From: Hyphochytrium catenoides
Taxonomy: Eukaryota > Protista > Hyphochytriomycota
Direction of reading: 5' to 3'
Length of the DNA: 64,000 bases
Assembly (NCBI GenBank): GCA_900088475.1
Contig: FLMG01004215.1
Coordinates: forward strand, 62,001-126,000
Positions 1 to 11,943 of the stretch are shown here, one piece after another (position 1 is the stretch's first letter; every line of letters begins with the position of its first letter). Under the pieces are notes generated by a model. That model saw nothing but the letters and a program-made list of their open reading frames with translations, was not told the origin of the DNA and made no database searches. The translations under genes and the position numbers were made by a program.

Positions 1-424
1 ACAGGTCAGAGATAGGGTCCCAAACAACGTTATTCACTATGGTCTTGGGACATAAGATACTTACTTCCAGTCCTTTGAGGCATCAGCAGGTTTCTGAGCG
101 GACTTGGTAGGTACGGCAGCAACAGGTGCCGGGATGCTTGATAGAATGCCACCCGAGTTGCCAGGCTATATTAGCAAATGCTGTCAGGATCTATTACGCT
201 TCGAGCCTAGCGCATACATCTGCACCATGCCGCCCATGCTCACCTCCATCAAGACCGGGCTATTCCTTTCCAGAAGCTCTCCTACCACGATGCCAGTGGC
301 AGCTCCACCGACAGTCATCAGAGTGCCTGATAAGGATAACGTACACTTAAGTCGATGTGGTAATCTACTATAGCCTTTCAAAGAGCTTACCGCGCACATT
401 GCGGCGGATGAACGCCCCGATCAT
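1..424 (-). CDS. 5' part of a spliced gene running off the window edge; possibly a mitochondrial membrane protein
   Basis: ATG at 424, then exons MIGAFIRRNVR | GTLMTVGGAATGIVVGELLERNSPVLME | PGNSGGILSSIPAPVAAVPTKSAQKPADASKDW, joined by gtaagc/gtgagc/gtaagt donors and ag acceptors. Arg-rich start followed by a hydrophobic Gly-rich segment. The family cannot be identified from this fragment. Confidence 0.5.
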
Positions 425-1311
425 GGTGAAGAAGACTCAGTGGCCGTCTACCTAGAAGATCGCCTATTAGGAAAGCCTCAGTGGGACAGTCAATGCCAGA
501 CTGCCGCCTCAGCTCTGCGGCTTATGAGGCTGTAATAATTATACTAGCCCCCTTGAGTTGAGAGGGAGCCAGAAGCGATCAGCAGGTTTCTATCTCAAGG
601 CAATAATCTCCGGCTATTGGATCTGCATAAATCTTCTCCTGCGTCGTACTTTTTTGATGGCGCCAGTCACTCAGTCAGCAAGAGACAAACAGCTCTATGA
701 CAATAGTCTGAAAAGGCCTATATCTCATAACCATCAAATCCTCCTTTACAAGATATTGCAGGCCTCCAGGAGACCTTGGACGCAAGAAATGAGCTCTTCA
801 GTGTGATGTCGTTAACGGCTATCGTGCTGGTCATCTGCGCTTTCATTGTCGACTTGGGGCCACTTCCAGTCCGCGCCTGGGGTTTGCAGCCCAAGACCGC
901 CAAGGATGATCTCAGTCTGAGCTTGTAGAAGCACATGCGTGAACACACTGTGGTTGAAGACAGCTCGGTCTCAGTCCTCTCGTGAGCAGGATGCCCTGAA
1001 TAGCGTTAACTTAGCCGATGATAGGTAACCTCTTGCGGACTGATGAGAGCAAGGAAGGAGAACGGCGGACAACTCCAGGAGATGCACTTTCAGCGACTGT
1101 CCTAGGGTTGCACACGATGGCTTTGGATGTGGGTCCGGTGAAGATGGCAGTTTAGCCTTTGCACAGGTGGAGGTGGGCGCAGCCTGCCTGAACTCTAGAT
1201 TATTGACATGAGTAAAAGGCACAAAGGTGCCACTGGTCTTATCCAACCTCAAACCGTAGGTCTCTTTCTCTTAATTTATAGATTTTTGTGTCTGCTTTGT
1301 CTAAACAGTAT

Positions 1312-2863
1312 TTACAAGCCTAGGAAGCCGAGCTTCTCTGTCACATACTCCGCCTCATCCTCCTTTCGCTGTTCCTCCTGCAAGGCTTTGCCAAGCTTCT
1401 CAAACATAGTTCTAGCTATCACTGTTGCTGAGTTCAGCAAGGATTCCATCACGGGGAAGGAAATTCCAGCATAACCCGACTTTTGAATGCCGCATACATT
1501 TCCCTCAGGGTCAATCTACAAATGGCAAGTCAGAGACAGCATGCGCCGCGGAGAACAAAGTGTCAGCCGGGAGATCCCTTCTTGCGCGAAGACAGGCGGA
1601 GAGGGATAGCGACATAGTGGTAGAGTGTAGCGTGGGGAGGAAGACCGAGAAGAGGAGACAAAGCAGAAGGTAAAAAATGAAACACCAGGAACTACATAAC
1701 TAGAGTGGGACGAGGCACGAGAAGTCATGCTAGGATGAGGAAGCAAAGCCAAACGAACTGCCATCCTCAGGCTGCCTTACCGAGACCACTACCTTCACGC
1801 CGACACACAGCTCTTCCTCCTGGGTAGCATCAGCAATGAACGGGGCTCCTCCCACTTGTGAAAGCGTGATGCAGATTGGGAAAGAAGATGCTTGGAAGCG
1901 ATTGCTAAGAAGAAGGTCTTCTTCAACCTCTATCACGGGATCGCCTTCTTCTGTCTCTATAGTTCTAACTTTAGGGAGCAATGTGTTGTTCAGGGCTGCG
2001 TAGGCTGCGATAGACATACAATCAGCCAGATTCCCGCCTGAATCCAGCACCATAATGTCCAGATAGAGAACCCAAACTTTCTGTCCAGGTATTATGCACA
2101 GGGACTCGAAGCTCAGACTTTCTTTGGAGGAGCGCAAGAGTCTGAAAGGGGCAGCAACAAAGGGAACATATCAGCTTCCGTGACAATTCCAAAGTAGGCC
2201 GACAGCGCCCCGCTGTAGGCAGCGGAAGCTGTAGCCCAGAGTGAGAAAACGATAAACGACGACAAACGGCGCAGTGGCAGCACATAGTCACTCTAAAGTG
2301 CAGTCAGGCTTGGCCATCCGGCTACAGAAAAGGTAGCCTTTACTCTAGCTCTCTACTCTATCTCTGTCTTCTTCCTAGCCTTTCAATCCACGCTCACCTT
2401 GTCAACATCTGTGTATACTCGGCATTCATTTCCGAGGCCTCCCTCCCTACAGCTTTGGAAGACACGGACGGGCAGAGTTCAACATTGACCTCGATTCTAC
2501 CTTCTTTTGGCTTATCTTTCGTTGGCTCGCCCACCTCCACCTAACGGAATAGTGAATCGTCTAAACGCCTGCGCTGTTGCAATGTGTGGAAAATTTACCT
2601 TGACAGCGGCAAGGATGTCTGTCGAGCCGTTTAGCAAAGACACTCTGGCGGATCCGTTTGCCTGAGGTATAACTCCGCTATATAATGCGAATCATTAACG
2701 ATTAGACCAATGATAGTCCCCCGACCTCTTCTATAGCGGGAAAGTGAGCTCACCTTTCTATAGATATTTGTCGATAGTCCATGCGACCACGGCCATCACT
2801 ACGGATGCCTTGCCGTATGCCGGCTACGATGTACTTCTCCTCCGAGCGCGATATGCTTTCCAT
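1312..2863 (-). CDS. RRP42: Exosome complex component RRP42 (RNase PH family), spliced
   Basis: N-terminus MESISRSEEKYIVAGIRQGIRSDGRGRMDYRQI; LCIIPGQKVWVLYLDIMVLDSGGNLADCMSIAAYAALNNTLLP; FIADATQEEELC; C-terminus EKLGFLGL*. Confidence 0.93.
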
Positions 2864-3555
2864 CGTGCCCCAATTGCCATGAGGCAGCCAAATCTGGCCT
2901 GGGCACCAATGCAGGGATCACAAGCAGACCAGATACTCTATCATCAATGCCTCTTTTCCCCCCCTTACCCTGCGTTAGGAGTTTGTCGGCGGACGGTGTG
3001 GTCAGAGCTTCGATCTCTGTCTCAAAGGTCTCCTGTCATTAGAAGAAGGAAACTGCATAGTAACCTTAGTGAAACAGGTCCATCAGGACGGAGCTTTTCA
3101 TTGGGCTGTGAGGACTCGCGAATCCAGACGTTAGCGGCCTTTAGGTCCTGGGGAGGACCTGAATGGAGAGCCCCTCCAGGAGCTCTGCGCTAAAGTTGAG
3201 CAATAAGAATCTTCGTCTGCATGACCGAAAGAGCAGAGGTCAGGCATTGAGATCTGCAGATTTGATCTTCAATGAGGAGGCAGCCTGTGGGAGACCTATG
3301 TTAGCGCCGGGACCAGGGTACCGAAATGATAGATGAAGATTGCGGGAGATGTCCTACTGCACCTTGCGATTCTCTCTACATAGAAATGGTTCCTTTGTAG
3401 ATGGTCACCTTACAAAGCTCGAGATCTGGGTGCCTATGACGAGAAGAGCTGCATGCATCTAATTTTGGAAAAGGAGGAGCTATAGGACCCCCTGACTGTT
3501 ATTATTGTCAGACACTTGGAAGATGGACTAACAGGTTTCGTTCGAGTAAAGAGTG

Positions 3556-6500
3556 ATGCGCGACTACTGGCTTATCCAGCAGAAGCTGGACATCCATGTG
3601 GATGTCCTCAATGCTACTTTGCGCGGGTCCAGTGAGGTAGAGCTCTTGCCCCAAGACCGCTTCTCTCGCACCCTTAGACTGCACTGCCGCCAGTGCAGAG
3701 TGAAGAGAGTGACAGTTAACGGGTTTAGCGCTGAATATGAGATCCTCAACTTCATGGACTCGGTAGGAACTCTTCATTGCTTGCTTGGTGAACGCTTGCC
3801 CACAGCAGAAGGTTAACGTTTCCTTTCATAGATTGTGGCAGAACAGTACTACGACCACACAGCTTTCGACCTATTCTACCGTGGAGCACTGATTGCCTCC
3901 ACTGAGGGCGAAATGATCATCAATATCCCGGACGAGGTTCGAATAGAGCCCGAGGGAGATGTCAAGGCCGAAGAAGACAAAGATAACGCTAGGGTGTCTC
4001 CGTCAGGAAGGCAGCCAACCTTCAAGGCCTTGCGGGTGCGCGTCGAGTACGAGGTCAGAGCACAGAGCTGTTCACTGTTCTTTGCTTTGGTGGCCGAATG
4101 CCTCTCTCCTCTGTGCCTGTGGTGGCCTCTTCCATGTCTCGACAGGGCGTTTTCCTCGGTTATCAAAGTAGAAGGCTCAGCTCTTCTGTCTATCATCATT
4201 CTGGTCCTTGAATTCTCATCTCCGTATTATAACTTTTCACCTTTTCCTGACTTACCCTTCTCTATTCATACTTGCATTGTCGTCTAGCTCTTATCTCCTC
4301 ATCGCTTCTTTGTCTCTCCCCTCTTGGCGATTCGATTCTCAGAAGCATCGCAGTTTCTAGCAATGCTAACCTATCTCGTTCTCTGCATACCGTAGTCAGG
4401 ATTTGTTCTAACAGTTCTAATTCTGGCCTCATACTCTTTCCTTTTTCCCTCTCTTTCCGCTCAGCTGCGCAACCCTAAAGGCGCGTGCCGTTTCCTTCTT
4501 CCAGATGCCGAACACCCAACCCGAATTCCTCATATGTACGCTTGCGGCGATAACCTTGGGGCCAGCTGTGATGGGGCGCGTACCTGGTTTCCTTCCCGTG
4601 ACACTCAGTTGGATCGATGCCCGTTCGAGATCCAGGTTACAGTGGCTGCGGAGAATGTCGCAGTGAGCAGTGGGAGGCTGATGAAGAAGGTAGACCAATG
4701 GTGGAGCGCCGACTCCCCTTTCTTCCCCTGTAATTGATGTCGAATCCTCCTGCCAAATCATATAGTCTCTAGACCCAGTGACCAATACCCGCACCTTCCA
4801 CTATCGAGTGGATCAACCCATCGCAGCCAACTCTCTGATGCTGGCCGTCGGGCCGTTTGTCGTTTATCCAGACGCAAAGTTTCCTATGGTCACCCACTTC
4901 TGCCTACCCGGAATGGAGGTAAGTGTCCCTTATGCTCCTTCCTCTAGCCTCTGTATTATGTGGATCGCCCTCTCCCCCTCTCTCTCGCTCTTTCTGTCTC
5001 TCTCTCTCTCTTTCCTCGTAGTTCTTCGAAAGCATCTACTGATCTTCGGTTGACGGGCTTCCAGAGTAGCTATATCTACACTCTCACATCTTCTACTCAG
5101 GAGGAGATGAAGCACACCACGGCGAACGTTGGTCACTGTATTAATTACTTTGAGACGTCGCTGGACGTGAAATATCCCCATGGCTGTTATCAGCAGGTTA
5201 AGTGACCCTCGTTTGGTCAGGTAATAGCCAGACTTGCTAACAGGCATGCTTCTCGCAAAAGGTGTTTGTCGAAGAGCCTGCGCACGTTTTCGCGTGGTCA
5301 GCGTCTGCAGCGTTGTTTGACCAGAGCATCTTGCACTCTCCTGGTGTGATGGATATGGAGATGGTCTCGCACCTTTGCCAAGTCAGAGCAGCTTTGGGTT
5401 CCTGGCTGAGCTGCATGTTAGGGTTACAGAGTACTAAAGATGCCTGGGTCTTAGTGGGTCTCATCGAACACCTCATGAACCATTACGTCCAAAAGTTCCT
5501 CGGCAAAGATGAGCACCGATATCGTCTCCAGATGGCTATGGACGCGCTAGTAGCAATGGAGAGGCTGGAGGGCGAGATCCCCCCAATCATTACAGCTGAG
5601 ACCGACGTGTACATAACAATGGTCTCTTACTTTGAGACTTTGCTATCGATAAAGAGCTTTATCATCATGCATATGATAGAACAGGTAAAAGCACGAGGGC
5701 ACTTCTCCTTCGTTTTCTTCATACCACTCAGACCTTGCTTAACGTCCACCGAGATTTCTTATATGGCTACCTCTACCTTACTAATAACCTCTTAGCACCT
5801 CTTACGTGTGATTTATCTTTTGAAGCATGGAATGCATCCCAAACAGTTTAGCACGTCTCGATATGCGTGTATCCCCTCTTCCTGATCCGACTGCGATCTT
5901 CAGTCTCTGGGTGTTACCCTATGGCGGGCTCAATCGTTTTACCTTTATCGTGCAATGGTTCCTCTAACATAGTTCAACTAGAAAATAGGCAAAGACACGA
6001 TGTTCAAGGGCCTTAGTCATTTATTGAAAATGGCTCTTGGAGAGCTGTCAGCTGTGAAAGATAAGCGAGAAGGAGGACAAATGGCGTCTGGCGACGGTGA
6101 GGGCGAGGAGGAAGACGGGAGTGATCCAGAGGGGGACGAAGGAGGAGGCAGTAGCATGGCACCAGGCAGCGGAGGGGCCAGTGGCGCTCGGGGAAGGGCG
6201 ATAACCTCGTTAGCATTTTTGAGGTAGCAAAAGCACACCCTCTCATAATGCTTTACGTTCTTTCAATTCAAGCTGATGCTAGGTCGCCTTCTTTACGTTA
6301 CTCTTGCCTCTTCGAATTTTTAATGGCCCTTTCATCGTTCTTGCCCCTGAATGGCATCTTGGCAAGTAGACTCATATATTGTCTCCACTTTACGTCTACT
6401 TTGTGTGCAGGACGCTCAAGCGGCTTTCAGGGGCAGCAGGGCAAGATCTGACCCGCTCGTTTCTTGGTAATTGGATAGTTGGAACTAGGATAGCCTATTT

Positions 6501-9500
6501 TACCGTGGGGTTCTGGTATAATAGGAAACAGGTGAGCCCTTCATAGTCCTCGTCGCTCCTGACAATCTTCAGCAAGTCTCAATAGGTTGATGATGCTCGG
6601 AATCCAGGGCAATATCCCGCACGCTTTTGACATTGCTTGCTAGCAAGTAACTTATCGTCGTCTGTCCTCTGGCTTTCTTTCCCTGCTCTTTCTTCTTTTC
6701 AGCTTCAAGCAGAGCTAGTGATGCAGCAAGAGACTGGTATGAAGAAACTCTTTGCAGGCACATTAGGCATACGGATTGTAGAGACCAAGGGTCCCTATGA
6801 TTACGACAAAAGAATAGACCAGAAGCGGCACCAATTCAATGAGAAAGTGCATGAAAAGGTAAGACGAACCAGCGAAGAGCAATGTGGCGAAGCACGAAGC
6901 CGGCTTTACCCTTTGCATAGTCGCCCAAAGAGTTGCTATCGGCTCCTTACACCGCCATACTTAGGTCAGAAAAAGGAGAAGGAAAAGGCAAACCCGTCTG
7001 GACGAAGATCTTGTTATTGAGGGGCCAGGCATGGGTCAGAACGACACCCCGGTGTTATGGATACAAATAGACCCGCAGTACCGTTGGATGACCCACGTGG
7101 TATGACGTCTCTTGCAGATCTTTCCTGCTTGACACTAGATGCATCAGGCGTTGTGTCCAGTCTTTGCTCCGTCCGGCCCAAGATTATTTTGCCACGACTC
7201 ATCTCGTTTCCTTGTCTAGGTGGTACATCAGCCGGACTATAACTGGGCCGAGCAGCTTGTGGAGGACAGGGACGCCGACTCGCAGATCCAGGCCTTGCGC
7301 GCCCTGTCCTACTTTTACGTTCCGGATGTCGAACGCCCCAATCTCACTGCCTGCGTGGCTATCAGCAACTGTCTTCGCGGACTGGAGAACCACTCTCGGT
7401 ACCTCTCATATAACAATACCCAGCGTGTTACCCTTATAATCTCGCTGTTGTTCGTCATATATTCCTCTTTTTTGTGCCGCCTTGAATTGCCTTGTTTGAG
7501 CGAGATCTGACAGTTATTTGGCCCAACTCGCTTGCGTTGATCTTCGCTACATCGCAGACGCTTACGTGCTGAAGCTGCGAGGGCTCTGGCTGTATGGCAG
7601 TTAGTACACGCTCCACCCACCGGCGCAGCTTCCAACCAACCTGAAACGTGGCCTGGCTTGACTCTCTTGGTTCGCTGTTTCAAGGAGCACTTCTACAATA
7701 GCAAGACCCAGCTGCCCCACCCAAACTACTTCGCACCGTTAGGGATGGTCGAAACCTTAAAAGAGGTAGGAGCCGAAGCAGCCCTTTCAGTTCCTCCGCG
7801 TAGCTATCGCCCGTGGTCAGAGTTCTCAAATGGAGCACCGATTAGCGTGGGGCCCTTAAAAATCCAAAGATCTCCTCAGCCTTGTTTTCTAGGTTGAAAT
7901 CCGCTTAAGAATCTCTAACCCAATCTGATATGTGCGTCACAGGAAGACGACCAGGATGGCAGGGTGGAGGAGTCTGATCCGAATGGTGGACTTACAGGAG
8001 AAGAAACAGTGAGTTGCTCCGTTTCGCCCTGCCATACGGCCTGCGCGTTAGCCATTCTCTGTGTGTCCTCGTCTTCACTTCCCTTTGTCTTCCCTGTCCT
8101 CCATCTCACCACAAGAGTTTGTGTATCTTGCAGGTAAAGAAGGAGTATTACATGGCGGAATATGAAATCAAGAAGGCGATTCCTAGATATATCAGCCTCA
8201 TACACGCTAAGAACGGGAAGTGTCCAGCGGAGATTGAGGCCTTCCTCCTGGAGCTACTAAGGCACAATGATAACTCAGAGAACTTCATTGAGGTAAGGGG
8301 ACTTTTTCTTTTCGCACTTTGCGCTGGGTAGCTCTGTCTTGATCTACCTATTGTTCCTTACCAGCGTACACGCTAGGGGCTTATTAGTCATGGTCACTCG
8401 TATCAGCTTTCGATCTTAACAATCATCAGGGGTCTCATATGTCACCCATAATGTCACCCACAGTCGGCTGAAGAGGTGTCGGCTCCTGACGTTGATGGCT
8501 CCTCCTTCAAGTTCCAGAACATAGATCAGAAGCACGAGAGCCTTAATAATGCCGTTTACGAAGAAGATGGGCAGAAGAAGGCAACAAGGAAAAGAGTATT
8601 GGTTGATGACGGCTTCTACGTCAGTACCATTATCCTGTCGCTGTCACTCTTAGACGTTGAGAGGACATCAAGCACTGAAAAGCCCAAGGAAAACCCCCTT
8701 GTTGCGGAGATAAGAAGATTCATGCACTACGACTCCATTGAACCTAGCTTTAACAACATCGTGACGGCTGTCGCGCTCCAGGTACAAAAATCCTTCTGCC
8801 CGCTAGCATTGTGGGCCTTCTGTTTACGTGACCCACAGCTTTTACATCTTCCTGCTACTTCTCCTCTCATAGTACTTTAGTCTACATCCTCCAGTTTCCT
8901 TGTCAAGTCCCAACTCCTCAACTCAATAGTTTCTTTTCAGGCACTATGCAACATGGAGCTGGCAGGCAAAAAGGCTCCTGACACTCCATTTCATTTCTAC
9001 CTTCGTCCGCGGCACGCTCTCTCGGTGCGCCGTGCCGCATTGGAGTCGATCATACGTCTTTACTTCTCTGAGGGCAGAACAGATCCGCCTGCAGGAGGAA
9101 TAAAGATATCCGATATAACACCAAATTCTATCAAGGGTCCTCAAGCAGCTATTCTCTGGATCACAGATCTCTTGGCCAGTGAGGAGACCCCGAGGTCAGG
9201 TCACGCATGGTCGTCAAACATATTACTGACCTTTACACTCGTTCGATGTACTGCCTTCGTGGGCAGTGTTTCCCGCCATCAGCCTTCATTATACCTTATT
9301 TTGCTCCCTATCGACTAACCTTAGCGGCGCCTGTAGATTAAGATACTATGCCGTGCGCTGCCTATTGGATCAATTGAACGGCCTTCCACCCAGAACTGCT
9401 ACGGAGTTACTGTCCAACTCCCCGCATGCGTACATCAGAGAGGTAAGAAACTTTCTCTTGCTACTCCTGGTTTCTCCGCTCTTGAACGGGGTGAATTAAA

Positions 9501-10468
9501 GTCTTTTTATTGTTCTCTTGCTTTTGTCGCCCTCTAGGCTGCTTCGTACTTGGACAAGTCAATTTGGAGTGTCCGAATGGAGACTCCTCAGAAGGCTGCG
9601 GCAGCAGAGATAGAAAGGCGGCGACAGCGGGTTCCGCGCTGTGAAGCTGTTTACTCTCTTCGTGAGGACAATGACGTCAACAGAGTCGTAGTGGAGAAAC
9701 TCTGGTCCACGCTGAATGGGTAAGGCTCTGGGATCTCGTCTCTGCACGGCTCTATCGTTTCAACCTACTAAGTGATGAGATCTATTACTCGAGGCAGCTA
9801 GTCCTTGCCTCACTCTTGCTTTACGACTGAATTCCTCCTTTTGCCACTCCCTAAATTCTCCCGCTTTTGACCCTGTAGGCAAGCGCTCGCACTAGATCAA
9901 AGGTGTCGGGTGCTTTTGTTGGAGGCTTACCATACCGTTTGGGGCGAGGGGACACCGGAGTGTATGATCTCTAGGGCAAAGGTGAGAATTACAACTCTTT
10001 GTTATGTAATGCGGGTTCTCGTCCTGTCCCTACTTGCTCTGGCAACATCACTATAAGCCAATGATTGAGAGAGGAATGAGTGAGAGATTAAAAGAAGACG
10101 AGGAGAGTGCGAGAGACTAGACCTATTGGAAGTGCAGAGGTTGGGATGTAGAGCGACTCACGGCTGGCATCACACTAAACTTTGCTTGATTATAGGAAAA
10201 AACGGACAAATGGGCAGGTGGCTACTTTCCCCTCCGCCAACTTATTGAACAGCACCGGCAGCAGTTAGGCCTCATGAACCAGCCTGCGGACTATGCCAGT
10301 GATGGAGGTAGGGGTCCGGAGTCCGATGATGATGGGGATCTGTCCCGTAGCCCGGCCGAGAAACGGTCGCGTAGCCCTGCACTGAACAAGAGTATACTAG
10401 AGAATTTAAAGGGAAAGAAAGTGAAATTCAAGTTAGGGAACACACAGGTCCGAGCACATGATCTCTGA
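3556..10468 (+). CDS. TAF2: TFIID subunit 2 (aminopeptidase-N-like fold), many exons; 3' end approximate
   Basis: LRLHCRQCRVKRVTVNG, GARTWFPSRD, MLAVGPF, YQQVFV, DTPVLWIQIDP, QPDYNWAEQL, AQ-like SQIQALRAL, FLLELLRHNDNSEN, DDGFYVSTII, PSFNNIVTAVAL. Frames stay consistent across the GT-AG introns I traced. Confidence 0.92.
4968..5013. repeat. Imperfect (CT)n microsatellite in a TAF2 intron
   Basis: Visible ctctc/tctctctctc tract. Confidence 0.8.
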
Positions 10469-11002
10469 TCACCGTCTCTTTATAAAAAATAATAATTATG
10501 GAGCACCGGAAGAGCGCTCTTCTCTGGCTATCGTAACAGGAGGCACACCTCTTCATGAACATTCTGAGGGGCAAGGGGAGGAGAATAGAGTTTTTGCGTT
10601 GGCACCGTGGGCAACATTTGCCCTTTCTCTCAACGGTGAGGTCTTCCTGGTTCAATTGCTGCGACGCGTTGAAGGCACCATCTATCTGTCTTCTAACCTG
10701 TAAACTAGTGGCAGAAATATGTTCCCGAGAGAGTGAATCTACTGTCTGTCTGGCACATCAAGCAAGGAATAAAAAGAGCTCCACCTCGCACAGTCCTCGA
10801 CGTATTAGAACTATTAGAAGCATCTGTCACTCCACCAAACTCACAATAAGCTCCACAGTAGGAGACAGTTGACTAGGAACTCAAAAGCTTCACAGTCCCA
10901 GATTCCGCAATAGTCTCTGTCTTGAGGCGAACGGGAATTTTGAATCACACAGGTTCGCGCCAAGAATCAACAAACCCAAGCGGAAAGCCGGTAACCGCTT
11001 TT

Positions 11003-11030
11003 CCTTTAGTTACTGCCTTTAGTTACTGCC
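11003..11030. repeat. 13-bp tandem duplication (cctttagttactg x2)
   Basis: Read directly in the intergenic sequence upstream of the cold-shock gene. Confidence 0.85.
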
Positions 11031-11474
11031 AACAAGCGATTCATCTATGATTATCACCACATGGCGGAGGACTGGTCCACAGCCGTTCTATTCTGTGTTG
11101 CTCAGTTGTTAGGAACTAGCACAGTTCTAACAGGAGAAAGTCTCACTCAAGGCCTGCCAACCAACCTGCTGGTGCCCTTGTATTATTACTCCTGCCTAGG
11201 AACTGCAATGGGGCGGGGCCACAGAGAGGCTATGAAAACCTTGACCTGAGAGAAGCAGCGGTCAAGAGAAGCAGTGGAAGGCAGAGGGGGAGGACAGGGA
11301 GAGAGGGAAGGCCAAGCTTTCCTAGTAAGATCCTCTTCATGGCGTCGACGGGCAACAAAAGCTAGTTGAGTGCACTCACTTGGACGCATCAGTCTCCAGA
11401 ATCCAACCTCCATAACCTTCAGTTCTGAGCCTTTGGGAAGCAAGCAGCTCAACACATTTACTCACATCAAAACC

Positions 11475-11943
11475 ATGCAAGCCCTTCGCGCATTGTCAAG
11501 AACTGTCAAGCCAGCCATGGCTCCTGCTCGCTTCAACCTTGCTCAGAGAACCATGGCTACTGGCACTGTCAAGTGGTACAACAGCACAAAGGGCTTTGGC
11601 TTCATCACCCCTGATGATGGAGAGAACGATGGTAAGTGGTGTGGCAAGGCACGATCTCAGCTCGAGCATCAACTAAGTTTGCACAACAGTTTTCGTACAC
11701 CAGACTGCTATCCAGTGCGACGGATTCCGCTTCCTTAACGAGGGCGAGAGAGTAAGTGGCATACTTAGTCTATGTTTGATCGCAGTCATGGACTAATGAC
11801 TTCGTCGTTTGCAGGTGGACTACGATGTTGTCAGCACTGACAGAGGAGTGCAGGCAGTAAACGTCACTGGCATCGCTGGCGCTCCCCTTGAGAGAAACTT
11901 CCCAAGATCTGAGAAGAGAGATAGATCCGAAGAAGAGGCTTAA
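11475..11943 (+). CDS. Cold-shock domain protein with a predicted mitochondrial presequence (3 exons)
   Basis: [27 protein letters not shown], then [25 protein letters not shown] | [21 protein letters not shown] | [22 protein letters not shown]1 (KGFGFI) and RNP2 (VFVH) are present. Confidence 0.93.

Noticed and set aside
770-928. Short signal-peptide-like frame MSLTAIVLVICAFIVDLG
   Set aside because: About 40 codons with no supporting splice structure or recognisable motif.
6405-6460. Apparent frameshift in TAF2 (ORF track ends QQGKI*)
   Set aside because: With the correct intron phase the frame reads RTLKRLSGAAGQDLTRSF without interruption.
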